A stretch of DNA of 64,000 bases from the human T2T-CHM13v2.0 reference genome, Homo sapiens. The notes under the pieces were generated by a model. That model saw only the letters and a program-made list of their open reading frames with translations. It did no database searches and was not told the origin of the DNA. The stretch lies in NCBI RefSeq assembly GCF_009914755.1, contig NC_060926.1; one strand, 5' to 3'. Every line of letters begins with the position of its first letter. The stretch's first letter is position 1. Shown in pieces: positions 44,176 to 61,929 of this stretch. The translations under genes were made by a program, and so were the position numbers.

Positions 44176-47100
44176 TTGAGAAATTATAGGATAAGAGTGA
44201 TGTTTAATGTGAGATTGTAATGTGCTGGGCATCTTCCCAAATTGGGATCTCAACCAATTCTTATAACAAACTTGTGAAGTAGGTGACCGAGGTAGAAACT
44301 CTCATGTAGCTTACACTTTGTGCAGCGGGGTTGCAACCTCAATGTTCTCATATTATTGGATTACAGTTTTCTTGGAATTTAGTAGCAGGACCTTTAAATA
44401 GCATCTTATAACTTTGTGCTAGACATGTTTTTATTTCTATGTTTCCTATTGACTTTCATTATGGAGGATATGAAGTGAGGATATTTAACTTGTCAAGAAT
44501 ATTTCTTTGTCAGTCTGGTTTAAAGGTGCAATGAGCAAGGAATACTGTTAGTAAAGAAACAGTGATTGAGAATAAAGCTACTAAATGGCACTCACATCAA
44601 TTCAAATTGATTCTTTTTCTTTGAAATGTCAATTATAAAATACAAATAAAATATGATGGCATGATGTACGAGAAGCAGTTTTCCCTTCTCGAAGAATCTA
44701 ATTATTATTATTATCTTTAATGGGGATATTTCAAAAGGGAGACTTATTTTCTGACTGCCAACCTGCAGGTAGAAGGGGTATTGCCACATTAAAAAACATT
44801 TTTTTGGTCAATACTGTTGAATAGGGTAGGATAGATTTCTTCAGTTGTTTCAGAAGAAGATAATTGATATCTTGGGTAATACACAATACAGTCTTGTACA
44901 ATATTTAAACAATGACTTGTGCCTTTATGAGTTTCTGTATCTAAATTGATTTATTTGGAAATTATGTCACGTTATGGCATCTTGTCTTGCCTTGATGACA
45001 TTTGATTCTTTGCCCAGTCCTTCTCTCCCAACTCTGCTGAGGAGGAGCCAAGAGAGTTATTGACACTATGCTTTACATAAAGCATAAATGGGAAGAGGGA
45101 AAACAGAAAGCTCCTTTAGGAAGCACATGCTTCTCTAAATGCTGTAAAACAATATAGGACTGGAAAAAATGTGCAGAAACAGACATACAGCAAATAAAAT
45201 ATAAATAGAATAAATGAGTGATGAAGAAATTGAACAGGAAGCCTACAGTAACCAAGTGGATTAAAGGCATCAAATCTACCTCTATTTCTTTTGGAATATA
45301 TGTCCCAACTGACTGTGTGGTTCACCTTGGCTCCCTCTGCATCTATGGAAGATAATAGTTAAAATAGGAGCATTTTATCAAGTTATAGGAAAAAGGGCCA
45401 TGGATAGATGAGTGGATTTATAACAAGAAGGTTAAAGGGTAAAAGTGGAGTAAAGAATGCAATAGGATATAGGAAAGAAGAACTTGGAAAGAGTTATAAA
45501 TACATAACTTAGTAATCATACTTTTATTTGATCAATGCCCATCATTTAATAAAAATATCTTCTATGTATCCTACTATTTTTCCCTGGTAGTGGGCAAAAT
45601 CCGTGTGCAGTAGTTTGTGACTATAAATTTCTGTTACACTGAGACTAAAGTAAATTGCAGATTCTTTAAAAAAGTTTTCCTATATCACACAGTGCTTTAA
45701 AAGGCAGGTTTCAAGCATAAATTTATTTCAGTTTCTAAGGCCTGTATTTGGTGATGGTATTATTGATCCGAGTGTCTGAATAGTGGGTAGCCATTGAACA
45801 ACAGTAAGAGGCAATAGTAAAAGGCAAATAGTTCTGGATTTTAAAGGGAAAAAGGAAAGCTTCTAATAAAAGCCAACATCATTGTCACCTAAAATAACCA
45901 AATATGAAAAATAACTAAAAATATAAGTACTTTTAAAAGAGGAGATTCAGATATAATTATTATTCTCAGACAACACAAAAGATGTAGATTGTTACCTCTC
46001 AGTGTCTGGTGAGGATGAACAGTGATGATATAAGTGCAAGTGCTTTGTAAACTAAACTGCCACATCAGTAAAAGGCATTTCTATTGTGTGTGAACACATT
46101 GAGTCATGTTGTCAAATGAGATTGGTCTCTCTCTTTTATAGATAGGGAAAAATGACCAGATTGAATTAACACAGGCATGAAGACAGAAAAATTCCTCTGC
46201 CTTAACAAATAAAGACTGAAATCATATCTGAAAGCTTTTCATCCATGCAAATAACCAATGGGGGCTGGGTTTGGCAGGAAGCTCAGAGGCAGGAAGCATA
46301 TTAGCTTTGTGCCAAGGACCTTGAACACCCTTCTTTAACTTGTCTATAAGTCTGTCTTTGCAGAAACAGATGCCTGTACAACTGAGAATCCTTCAGCTAA
46401 TTGAAGCACAAAATTCTTGGAGGTGGAAAGATGGTGGTGATGGTGGTAGTACTGGTAGGATTTTCTATCTGTCAGAAAAGTATAAAATAGACTAAGACAA
46501 AATATGTTCATGTTTGAATAATTTGGGGATTATTTAGTTTGGCCGTGCATGATTCAAAACAAGAAATATTTTTTGACTAATTTTCAGCAGAGAAAGCATA
46601 AAATGCTAAATTCTGGTATTTCTCTTTGTCCAAGAATATATTCATGTCACATATAAAAACACTGTGTAATTCTAAACCGCTATGCAAACCTAAGGTATAA
46701 TCTCACTTTATAATTTGTGAAAGTTTACTAATTGTTTTACTTTTCTTGGCAGAGTGTCTGAAGATCTACTGGAAAGTTATAAGTGTATTTATTTTATTTT
46801 CAGGGGTGTCATCACACTTTGAGCTGCTGTGACAGTTTACTGCTGGAATAACTCCATCCCAAAATTATTACTGTAAATTGAAGTCCTATTTTTCTGCCCC
46901 AAGTGTATTCTTAATATTAACAGTTGGTAATTAGTCTGTCCTTTGGAGAGACTCTGAACAGTTTTGAAGAGCATCCTGCACGTTTAATCAGAACACTTCA
47001 AGCCAGACAATGAAATGTAACATTCAGTAAACTGTGATAGTGTTCACTAATTGCTGATGCTATCTCTATTGTGTTACGTTTAAGTTATATTCTTTAATAT

Positions 47101-47913
47101 TTTAAGAATCCTTTTATTTATTTATTTATTTATATTTTGCTGTAATTCTTTTTAAAAACTACAAGACATTTATAGATGCAAAAGTAAAGAGTAAGTTAAT
47201 AGAACACTGTTCTGTTTTAGAGATCAATATATATGAAATGTTTCTCTTGGAAACTGCTAAACCAACAGGTCATTTATTATTATAATATTCACTTGCCTTT
47301 CCTCATTTGGATGATGTAAAAATGATCATTATTTTGCTACTTTATGCCAATCTGGGTAACTGCATTCCATATTTAGAGAGCATGTTTTGGATTTAAGCAG
47401 CTTAAACTACTAGAATTATCATTACACAATGGTGTTGCACTTTTAAACATCTTCATTTTATTTTATTTAAAACATTTAGATCTACAAGCATCTTTATTTA
47501 ATGTTCCCTTACAGTTTCCTTTTCATGCTGCCATGAATCTTAGGAAGAACATGTATACTTGCAAAGTTTCATTAAATTATTTTACACTATTGAAGAAGAT
47601 TGTCTTTATAATTCATTACATTTTTGTTTGGGAGTTACCCTTCCAAAACAATGCTACACACAACAAAGTAAACTAAAGTACTGTAAATATTTTTTTGTTA
47701 TGTTCAAAATTACATTCTGTTTCAGAATTTTAATAAAATAAATTTTATTAAAAATAAAATTTAGAGTTGGGTATATTATTTTTCTTATTTTTGTGTGTGT
47801 AAAACATAAGCTAGATTTTAGTAGAATTTTGCATTTTTTACTAGGAATTTTCATTTACCTGGAGGCACTGTATTTGTGTCGGACAATTTCCATCTCTCTC
47901 CCTCCCTCCCTCC

Positions 47914-47977
47914 TTTTCTCCCTCCCTCCCTTCCTTCCTTCCTTCTTTCCTTCCTTCCTTCCTTTCTCTTTCTTTCC
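47914..47977. repeat. (TCCC/TTCC)n pyrimidine tract
   Basis: Directly visible. Confidence 0.9.
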
Positions 47978-50862
47978 ATTTTGTAGCTATTTTAAATGCT
48001 CATCAGTCACAAAATTGATAAGATTTTATCAAAATGAGATCTTTTGGGTCATTTCAGTACCTTTCTTTTTAAACATAATTATGGTTATAAATATACAAGA
48101 TACTTAGAAAATTATCTCAATAAAATTGATCCAAATAATTAAAATGCATACCTGGCTGGAACCTTAATAGGTCACTCGAATTCATATATCTGTGCTCACA
48201 AGATTGAGAATATAGTTTATTTAGAATAATAGAACTAATAAAATAGACTCTTCTCTGAGATCTTTTTAGAGAACTGCAAAGGATTTTGCTAAATCAACCC
48301 AGTAAACTTACAAATGAAGAAATTATCAAACTCTTGACTAGAAATTACTGTTATTCATGTATATATTACCAAAACAGATTTTATTGGAGGCAAAAAGAAC
48401 ATACGGCCTGTAGTTAATATAAATTTTACATACACTGTTTCATTTATGCCTAACCATTTTAATAGTAATTTATTTGGGTAGTAGTTAATATCTCTTGGAC
48501 ATAAGCCAGAGAGAAAGTGATTATGATAATACATTCTGCTACTAAATAGGCTGAATACTTCCAAGCTTCCAATAATACAGCTGTTAACGACAGTGGCTTT
48601 GCTAGTTAATCAGATGTTTTGCCACTGGGGATTGCCCATGTGAATGGAATCTGACAGAGGCTTCTGCTTCACCTCAAATGTAATGATACAAGTGTGTCAG
48701 TTATTAGGGACTCCAGGAAAAATGCACATGGCATTCACCCTCAAGCAACTAGAGCTCCTCTCCAAGTATCATTCCCATTTATAGCATGATAATAAATCAT
48801 TCTTTAATTAAATAATGATTCAAAAAAGAATGCAAGTGCTTTGCATATTTAATAGCATATATTTTTCTTTTGTATATCTTTCATTTTGAGCTGCTAGAAT
48901 TTTAATGTCTAGGGGCACAGACTATGCCATTTAAGAAACTCAGTTGATTTGTTAGTATTTCCCGGAAGAAGAGATGAAAAAACTCATTTGTAAGTAAAAT
49001 GTGAACTATATTATCCATGTCTTCCTAGTCATAGTGCCATGAGGTGGAAAAAAATGGGTTTAAACCTACTTTAGATTATTTGAGCTATTTTATATTTTGG
49101 TTTACTTTTGTTTTAGTTTTTCTGATAATGTGTGTCCATTAATTAACTTGAGATATGCTTTAAATAAACGTGCGACCTTTTTATAAAGAGCAAGATTATG
49201 TTCTTGATGTGGTGTATCTGATGCATTGATTTTCTGCAGCAAGTTTCAAGTTTGTGGAATAAAAAAATGACAGAAGTTGCATATTGTGGGTTGGCACTAG
49301 AAACCCAATTCTCCAACTCTTTCAGTAAATTCAGTCAGCTGCCAGAATACTGGATTGATGAAGGAGTTGGGTCTTTGGGTTCAGATCTGTCCTAAGGATG
49401 AAGGGAACCATTTGAGGGTGAGCAGCACTTCGGGGTGGCAAAGCATTTGTAAAGCTTGTTAATTATAATTCATAGACATGAGAGCACCAATTAAGAATTT
49501 GTTAGCCACATGCAATAGAAGCAATTCTTTAACGATGCTTTTGAAAATCAACAAAATTAAACGTTGGTCTTTAAAAATTAATCTTAAATTCCTTTATTAA
49601 TAATTATAAGGAATTAGCAAGTTCAACAGCTCAAACTTTAAAAGAAGCATGAAATGGGACCCAGAATAGTTGAAGGGAAATGATTTCTATGCTCTTAGGA
49701 TATTATTGATGAGATAATGTATCTTAAAAATAGCTTTATAATAGTATACGGCAAATATCGTCTACAAGAATCTTTCTTTTTTCCATCAGTTAGATTGATT
49801 GCTGTTAGTGACCTATTAGTCTCCCCTGGGTCTGCATCATTCAGACTAAGCTTTATGCAGACATAACTAGGTCACCTTAATTACCTGTGGAAATAAGGCA
49901 TACTTGTGAAAGTTTCACAGTGATAATTACTCCAAAATGCCAAAATAGTGTATGCAAACCTTGGAGGTACATGCTGGAAAGTATTGCACAACCAAGATCA
50001 GTCAAACCAGATGGTTCATTTTGTCTGATTCTCTAACATTCTTTAACACCATTTTTTACCATAATAAAAGTGCAATCTTTGCCAAGCATCGCACTGAGTA
50101 TATACCTCATCAATCAGTTGTTAGAATTTGTTTTCTTTTCTTTAAATTCCTTTGAGGAATTTAAGAAATCAACAGACTATTGTAAAGAAACAAAGGAAAG
50201 CTAATCACATGTTTTGTTTTGTTAATCTAAAATGATAGCATGAAACTCTTTCTAATTGGCATGTTTTTTTCCTACAGACATTTCTGTACCTGTCATTTTG
50301 TCATAGAAATAAAGTGAGGAAGGTTAGAAAATATATGGTCTTTTTAAACAGTAAGGGAATCAAATGTTTTTGCATTTTCATGTGACTAGTCATAAAATAG
50401 CTAGCTATCTGTTCATAACAATTCCACTGAAGATTCAAAACTCTTGTAGAAGCCTAGTAAGTGATGGAACTTGATAAAGACCAAAATAAAACTATATTTG
50501 AGTAACATTAGCTGTTTTGAATTCTGAAAATTCCTTGAACGTTTTAATGAATTATTCTGATTAATGATTTCTAACATTGGAGATTATTATTTTTAACAAA
50601 ATAAAATAAAAACTTTTTCATTATTCCACAAAAAATTAGTAATTGAGTATTTTTAAGTCAATCAACTTTATGCATTGAGGAGGTAGTTTTTATACTTGAA
50701 TTAAAACACGGTTTTCTGAGTTTTAAGAAGTTAATGGAGTAAAATATGTAACATAAAATATTTACATATAATTGTAAGAAAAGTAAATTTCTGAATGAAT
50801 TTTAATTTTTTTTAACCTTTAAAGCGAGTAGATCTATAAGAAGGTCAATGTGCAAGTTTTTG

Positions 50863-51088
50863 TGGGGTTAAATGATGAAAACATATGGACACATAGAGAG
50901 GAACAACACACACTGGGGCCTTTCAGAGGGTGGAGGATAGGAGGAAGGAGAGGATCAGAAAAAATAACTAATGGCTACTAGACTTAACACCTGGGTGATG
51001 AAATAATCTGTAAAAGCGAACCCCCATGGCACAAGTTTACCTATGTAACAAACCTGCACTTATACTCCTGATAAAAAGTTTAAAAAAA
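50863..51088 (+). mobile_element. Short 3' end of an older L1PA (L1PA13-16-like)
   Basis: ggacacatagagaggaacaacacacactggggcc, gagaggatcagaaaaaataactaatgg, cctgggtgatgaaataatctgt, caagtttacctatgtaacaaacctgcac, short A tail. Confidence 0.9.
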
Positions 51089-51726
51089 TGAAATTTATCT
51101 TGCAATGAAAAAACTTTTTTAAGAAAGAGAACAGTAGTAATATTACGTATTAATCCACAGCATAAGCATTTGAAATTTGAGCCTTCTGGTATGAGATAGG
51201 AGACCACATAGTATTTCAACGATTTTTTGCCCTGTACTGAAGGGTTTTTATGCTGTTGCCCCCAAACAATTTTCCTGTTTTTCCTCTTCTTTTTTTCTAA
51301 GTTTACATTGGAAGTGATATAGCACACTTCTCATAAAAGAATATCTTAATATTAAGTGAGAATTACTGTTTTTTTGAGATAAGTCTGAAGGAAAGAAGAT
51401 AATTTGGGTTCCGGATATGATATTTTTATATTTTACAAACCTTCTCACACTTCCCCAGGTTCAACAAAGTGCTTCATATGTATATTCAGTGCTTCTTGAA
51501 ATGCTGTTTTGGTATTATCTGAAAATCTGAACTGTACTTAGAGCTGAAGTGGCCTTATTAATTTATTTAATTTTACAATAGTTACCTATCTAGTAACTTC
51601 CTGAGGCCAAATTAGTAACTTATGTTGGTTTCTAGGCCTCTAATCTCAGGTGCCATCTTAAATGTGAATACTTGTTACAGAAAAGGTGGAGAACTGTGCT
51701 GAATATCATCATTTATTAAAAAAACA

Positions 51727-51912
51727 TAATTGCCAACATTTATCAAGCACTTAGTATAAACTTTTTTCATTTAATCTTATGAAGTTCATACAATCATTGT
51801 CATCCTTTCACAAATTATGAACCTGACTCCCAGACAAGAAAGATGTCCAGGGTTTTCCAGTTGGGCTGGAATTTGGTCTCCAGTCTTGCTGATTCTAAGA
51901 CCTATGAGCTTA
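51727..51912 (-). mobile_element. MIR SINE
   Basis: aacatttatcaagcactta, tcatttaatctta, catcctttcacaaattatgaacctgac, cttgctgattctaagacc. Confidence 0.6.
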
Positions 51913-52469
51913 GTCTCCAAAAACTCTGCCTGCTCAGCAACAGCATGAGGACAACCACCTTCTAGACACAGCTTCTAGACATCTGACTGCTAGGAAGCCT
52001 GGTAGAAGCTATTTTGGGCAAAGATTGTAAGAGATTAGATCTTTTTTATCATTCCATGTAGTATCTTTTTTCTTTTTTTGTTTTTGCTCCAGTGTTAGAA
52101 ACCACAACAGGTCCTAACAGATGGTCCACTGAGATCAAGAAAGTCACCAGTTTTAAGGTTGCTAATGGGATTAATTTAGATCACACACTCATGGAAATCT
52201 CAGTCATTTTCTTGCTAGCTTCTCAATTTAGGTTCCAAAGCCAAGAATCGCTCAGGTGTATCATCTGAGACTGTGGAATGGCTCGATGGAGTGTGTTGCT
52301 GCACTTAAATCTAATTAAAGAGAACCATTTTAGTAATATGGTATGGTTATAGTACATTATGTGACTTTTTATATAGTAGATTTACTCATCAATTTCTTCC
52401 ATTATACTATCGCCGTATATTTCTCCAGTGCTTTGATCTACGTTATCATATCCTGTGAGCAGCTCAGTA

Positions 52470-52600
52470 ATATTATGAGGCAGTAATTTTTATCCCCATT
52501 TTAGAGATGAGGGCTTTAAAGATGAGAGTGTTGAATGTGATTTGTCCAAGGCAACTAGGAGGTGGAATGCTCTGAACTGGATCAAGTGCTTTATCTATTC
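52470..52600 (-). mobile_element. MIR SINE fragment
   Basis: tatccccattttagagatgagg...tgtgatttgtccaagg. Confidence 0.7.
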
Positions 52601-52876
52601 TATCATGGTTGTTGTTACTCACTTGCAACTGGTAAAGTGTGATCAGTGTTTTTGTAGCCCTGGCCATATGTGAAAAAAATCTCAAACTCTAATCTAGACA
52701 TATTGAATTATAATCTACAGTACTGTGATTTGGACATCTGTACTTTCTAAAAACTATACTACTCAAAATTGAGAACTTGTCTCCTAAATGATACTTCTCT
52801 TTTTTTGTTGTCTATTTTTTCCCATTTTTTATGGTGGTAAAAAAACACAAAACATTAAATTTCCTGTTTTAACCAC

Positions 52877-55393
<2,517 letters not shown>

Positions 55394-55530
55394 TAACTAC
55401 TTTTAATTGTATAGTTTAGCAGTGTTAAGTATGTTGATATTGTTGTGTGACACATCTATAGAACTTTTTCATCTTACAAAACTGAAACTCTATACCCATG
55501 TAATAGTAATCCTTCCTCCTTGTTTCTATT

Positions 55531-57350
55531 ATTTTAATTTGAAATAATTCCAAACTCACATAGGAAAGCTGCAACTATAGTTCTAAAATCTTTCCCTCCT
55601 TTAAAGTATTTGTAGGTAAATTGCAGTGTATTTTCTATAAACAAGGACGTTTTCCAGCATAACCCCAGCTTTGCCACTCAAGTGAAGAAATTAACATTGA
55701 AATGTTAGCACTATCAAATCCACAGACCGTGTTCAAGTTTCTCCAATTCTACTAATGTCTTTTATAGTCATAAGATCCAGTTGCATATCACATGTTGCAT
55801 TTCTCATATTGCTTTCATTTCCCTCAGTTTGAAATAGTTCTTCAATATTTCTTTGATGTTTAAGAGCTTGGCTTTTACAAAGATGGTTATAGCCCAGTTA
55901 TTTCTCAGAATTTTCCTCAAATTTCTGTCTATCTATTATTTCCTCAACGTATTAGTTTGCTTTCACACTGCTGATAAAGACATACCCAAGACTTGGAAGA
56001 AAAAGAGGTTTAATGGACTTATAGCTTCACATGGCTGGGGAGGCCTCACAATCATGGCAGAAGGCAAGGAGGAGTAAGTCACATCTTACATGGATGGCAG
56101 CAGGCAAAAAAAGAGAGCTTGTGCAGGGAAACTCCCATTTTTAAAACTGTCAGATCTCATGACACTTATTCACTATCATGAGAAGAGCATGGGAAAGACC
56201 TGCCCCATGATTCAGTTATCTCCCACCGGGTCCTTCCCACAACATGTGGGAATTACGGAAGCTACAAAATGAGATTTGGATGGGAACACAGAGTCAAACC
56301 ATATCACTCAACTTAGAATTAGGTTATACACTGCAAGAAAACTGTAGAAGTGACGCTATGTTCTTCTTGATGAATCCTGTCCAATGGTACATAATGTCAA
56401 TTTGTCCCACTATTGGTGATACTAACTTTGATCACAAAATTAAGGTGGCATTTGCTATCTTCTTCCACTCCAGAGGTATACTTCATTTTTTACTTTGTAA
56501 TTAATATTTTCTAGGGAGATATTTTGAGATTATACATATATGTCATTTTCCTCAATCTTTTACACACTACTTTTTACTATCCATTGATATTTGTTGGCTA
56601 AAATTAATATGACTATGGGTTGACAAATGGTGATTTTATAACTTTGTATTTAATTGTACTTACATGAGTTTCAACTCTACTATAAAGGAACAATTTCTCT
56701 CTTTTCCATTTGTTTATTTATATCTTTGTGGATTCATGAATCCCTGTTTTATTCAATGGCTTACAATCTTCTAGTTTAATTATTTATTTTAATATTATAA
56801 ATTGTCCCAATTTGGCAGCAAGAAACTTCTTCAAACTGGCTTCTGAATCCTTGTGACATATCACATCAGTTTTGAGTTCTTCATTCCTATTTACACAAGG
56901 ATACACTCCAGAGTAATTCTAATTTCCTGCCCTGGCCTTTTAATAAGCAATTTTTATAGGAAGCTCTGTACTTTTTTCATGAAGAACATATTCGGAAATG
57001 AAGATCTAAGCTTTGAGAAAGTAGTGGGTCACTGCTTCAGGCCATCTCAGTGGACACCTATTTATATCTATATTTCATTTATGTTTCTTCATATACATGT
57101 TGAAAATCAAGTGTTTTTACCCATATTTCCAAGTGAAATCTACCACTGTAGTATTTATTCTAGTTTTCTTCCATCTCTAAATGCAGTTCTCCTTTTTTGA
57201 ACAGTAACAAACTTCTTTTAGCTGATATACTTTTTACATATGCCCATAACTCATCTTTTGTTATCAGTGCTGCCTCCGCCACTCCCACATTGTCAGCTCT
57301 CCTTGAACTCCAATACCCTTAGCTTCACCCCTACTCTTTCTTCGCCACAT
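55531..57350 (-). mobile_element. L1MC4-like 3' end (host of the THE1B)
   Basis: ttgaaataattccaaactcacataggaaagctgcaa, aagaaattaacattga, tgtcccactattggtgatactaactttgatcac; right boundary approximate. Confidence 0.7.
55948..56306 (-). mobile_element. THE1B-like MaLR solo LTR
   Basis: ctgctgataaagacatacccaagact, ggcagaaggcaaggaggag, aaaccatatca terminus; perfect 5-bp TSD CTCAA (55943-55947, 56307-56311). Confidence 0.95.
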
Positions 57351-57474
57351 TAATTTCCACCTTGTTTGGCTCACTATAATGGCTTTTGGACTAAACTTTT
57401 CTAGAAGGAAAGGAAGGAAGAAACAAAGAAGAGAGTTAAAAAAAAAAAAAAAGGAAGGTACAAAGGAGGGATAG

Positions 57475-57802
<328 letters not shown>

Positions 57803-58799
57803 AAAGATAGACATTTTAAGAGTAGGATTTATTTTTTAATACACACCATGTCTAACACAGTGACTTAAAAGTACTAGTTCATCAATAATATCAAGTGAAT
57901 GCCAAAAGAATGAAGAAATGAATAAAAACCTTCATTGAATCCTGAAAATCATTTTACTAATATTAATATTGTCCAAAATGTGGTGACAACTTGAAATTTA
58001 AGACAAATTATTTATTTACACTACTAAGTCAGAAACTTGCCAGTAACAATTAGAATTTAAAATTTGAAAAATGGAGGCAAGTTTGCTGAAAGAAAGAACA
58101 CAACTGATGGTAAGTATAAAGTTACATAAATGTGTTTAATCATGTATTTATTTGACAGGAGATTCTGAGTCCATTCTTTTTTCTCTTTTCTTCCCTTACC
58201 ATTTGGCTGAACTGAATAATAATAACCTTGGTCTCACAGTATACTTTTGGAGATAAATAGGTCAGATGTTTGAGTTTTATTCTTTACTTAGGGATTATAT
58301 GAGGTTGTAATATTTTAATATTTATTTATTCACCTGCAAAAAAAGTATTTTTTTTACTATTTGTGGAAATTAATGAGAAGTAGTTTAGTATTTTGAAGTG
58401 CTTCCAAGTACAAAATGTTTCACTCTGGAGTTCAACGATCTTTGTATCAAGCCATTAAAATTATCAATTATTATTATTATTTAGTTTGTTAGACTCTTTA
58501 GTCACTTTTTAAGTGTACAGATTTAGTGTATTAGATTTAGTGGGCAGTTTTCAGCATTTTTACCAACTGCATTTCTATTCAGTTGCACCTTTACTCCAAC
58601 GACTTCTTATTTGACCCAAGAAAGTGAAATCACTTTCATGAGTTTATTTGCCACCAAATTCCTCAAAATGATTTTTGATGTCTACATCTCTTGCTTACAG
58701 TTTACTTTGGAGGTTGCAAGATCAACATAACCTGAGTTTGGAAAATATTTAACAAAATTCAAAAGAGGAAAAAAAATCACTTCTATTAAAATGTACCTG

Positions 58800-59115
58800 A
58801 ATAAGAGGTATAGAAAACACAGATGTGGTAATGTTGAAGGAAAGAAGGCACACATGGGAGCTTATGCTGTATAATTCCATTTATACAATGTATCAACACA
58901 GGTAAAGCTCACCGTGCTATACAGGATTGTACAGACAATGATTAGAGAGGAGCAAGAGGATGCTTTGGAGGTTGCTAGTATTCTTCTGTTGTGTTTTTAA
59001 ACTCCAACTGCTAATTACAAGGATGTGTTCATTTGGAGAAAATTTAATAAACCACATATACAATGCCTACACTTGTGTTTGTATATGTTATCCTTCAAAA
59101 GCAAGTTTTAGAAAA
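58800..59115 (+). mobile_element. L1ME-like 3' end
   Basis: atgctgtataattccatttatacaa, gtgttcatttggagaaaattt, tgtatatgttatccttcaa. Confidence 0.65.
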
Positions 59116-60947
59116 AACCATGTCCATGTCCCATAGCACAGAGGCAAGCCTTCACTTAGTTATATTCACCTGTTTATCAAACTTCTATTTCTACTAAGGT
59201 GCAAAAAGTACAATTAGCTGCCTACATCTCTGAGAAGAAAGAATTTTGCTGATGATCTAACAGAACTTGTGAGTCATCCATCAGGAGATGTTTTAATGGT
59301 GCCAAGAACTCAGTAAAGTCTGTGATGGATTTGGCAAGGTTATTTGTCATTTTCACATCAGCATGGTTTTGGCACCTGCTTCTCAGTAAAGAATTGCACT
59401 GTTGGAAACTCACTTTTGACAAAGATGGTCTGCTTCTGACCAAATGGTTTATGCTACAGCAGAGAAGGTGAGTAAAGCTGTCCCTGGCCATATTAATAAT
59501 CAATACAGGTGGCTGATTCAGTAATTTCATGATTGACATGACTCATGGATTTTACAGTTTATGAAGACAGACTATGCCAAGTAATATTGTCTGGTCACTT
59601 TATCCTAGAGGAGTGCATCTTGTAGAAAGGTGTTCACATTCAGCTTAGACTTACAATGCAGATATTCTGCATTTTGATTTTTAAGTGAACTACATATCTC
59701 CCTTTAACCTGATTTTTGTTTTTCTTGGTCGTGGTGGTGACAATTTTGTTTTTGTTTTGCTTCTCCTTTTTTTACAGTACATTTTTTCAGAAATTATGGA
59801 TAACATTCTCATGGACTTAATCATCTTTCATATTAGTTCTCAATACAAAATGGCATGCTTAACAGTTACAGTGATTTCATCCAGTTTTCTCTGGAACAAT
59901 TTGTGACTGAACTGGTGAATATGTTATGCCCTAAGGTAATGCTAAATTTGGTTAATGCTGAACTTTCTCTCATCTCTCTTTCTCTCTTGTGCACATATGT
60001 AAAATAAAACTGCATATAAACACTGGGCAGCAGAATAGATGTTCATAAAAATAATCAAGGTAGGCATCTGGTTAAGACATGTGCTCAATTGTTTCTTTCA
60101 GCTTATTTAGAGCTCAGCATTTTCAACATTTCTGTAAGTAATTCTCTAGTCTTTATAAAGCAAATCCCAGTCTGGATTATTTATCCCTCCAAAAATAACT
60201 CATTAGTATAACTTTAAAAGTGAATATTTTCTATTTAATGTGTTTAGTGAATTGATCTCATGTCTACTTCTTATTAAGGTAAAAAGTTGAAATTATTCCC
60301 ATATTTAACCCTAGTTTTCTTAGATCTGATAATATACCCTGTTGAATTAGTGGGTTTTTTTCAATGGATGATTTAAATTTAACGATTGACAGGCATACCA
60401 TTGAAAGTGGTTATTAGAGTGAATGCCTAAGTTGTTAGTATTTTGCTAGTAAATACCTCAACCATTATGACTGTCTTCCAAACCAATATCTTTTGGCCAA
60501 TGACAAGATAAAAAAATTCGCTAAATGGCTTACATGCTTGTGCACCAAGCCTGAGTCTGAGAGCTGTCTAGTAATTTTACTTCTAAACTTGGATAAATCC
60601 TGAGATTTTTTTAGAGCATCATCTTTATTTGAAACACATTTTTGTACAAGACAGCTGACAAATAACACTAACAGCATCATCTGTCATTTGACCAGTACTA
60701 CATCATTATAGAAAGATCTAGACTTGAGCAAAACTAAACAAATTTAATAGAAGAAAAATTTAAATAACCTAGAGAGGGACAGGGTTGATGCTTGTCCAGG
60801 TGGGATTCTAATGATTGAATGAACAATAGGGGCATGCTAGGATAGGGAAATCAGGACTGTAACCAGTGGAGGCAGAATCCGTTAGGTCAACTACAGTCTT
60901 AGAATATAGCGGGAATTATTTTTAAGTATTATCTTTTAAAGGCAATT

Positions 60948-61578
60948 ACCATTGTGTGTTCTTGATGTCTTTGTCAAAATAAATGGGCTCTAAACATGTG
61001 GATTTATTGCTGGGCTCTCTACTCTGTTCAATTGGTGTATATGTCTGTTTTTATGTCAGTACGATGTTGTTTGGGTTACTATAGCTTTGTAATCTATTTT
61101 GAAGTCAAGTACTGTAATATTCACTGTTATTCTTTTTGCCAAAATTGTCTTGGCTATTTGGGTTATTTTGTGGTTCCATGTGAATTTTAGGATTGTATTT
61201 TCTATTTCTGTGAAGAATGTTATAAGTATTTTGATAAGTATTTTGTTGAGTCTATAGATTGCTTTGAGTATTAGGAGAGTTTTAAAATATTAATTATTTC
61301 AATCCATACAGAGGGTATCCTTCAATTTATTTGTATTTTCAATTTATTTAATCAACATTTTATAATTTTCGGTGGAAAGACCTTTAACCTCCTTAATTAC
61401 ATTTATTCCTAGGTATTTTATTTTTGTAGAAATTGTAAATGGGATTGTTTTCTTGACATCTTTTTCAAGTAGTTCATTGTTAGTGTATAGAAACACTACT
61501 GATTTTGGTATCTTGATTTGGTGTCCTACCATGCTTCTCAATTTGTTTATTAGTTCTAACAGTTGTATGTGAGTTTTT
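60948..61578 (-). mobile_element. Internal ORF2 fragment of an L1MA/L1M element
   Basis: ORF 61344-61541 KIPKSVVFLYTNNELLEKDVKKTIPFTISTKIKYLGIN; ctatagctttgtaatctattttgaagtca. Confidence 0.85.
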
Positions 61579-61929
61579 AACTGAGTTTTGTGTTTTTAAC
61601 TTTAAATAGTCAGCACTATTTTTATCTTTCTAAAACTTACTATTGCATTCATTGTTATGTTTGTTGATATATAACTTTTATTCATGTATTTTAATTGCTA
61701 TGAATATACCAAACTCACTTTTCCTGTTGATGAACTTACATCCAGAGAGATATTTATTTGCTTACATCTAGAACATATGTTCATTGAAAACATCAACTTT
61801 ATTTTGTTCATTAATGTATTGGCAGTGCTTAGAAGGGTATGTGGCATTCAATAAACATTTTACTCAAGAAGTAAATGAATACTTGAATAAACATTTAAAT
61901 TTTACCAAATATTTTATTATTAAAAACTT

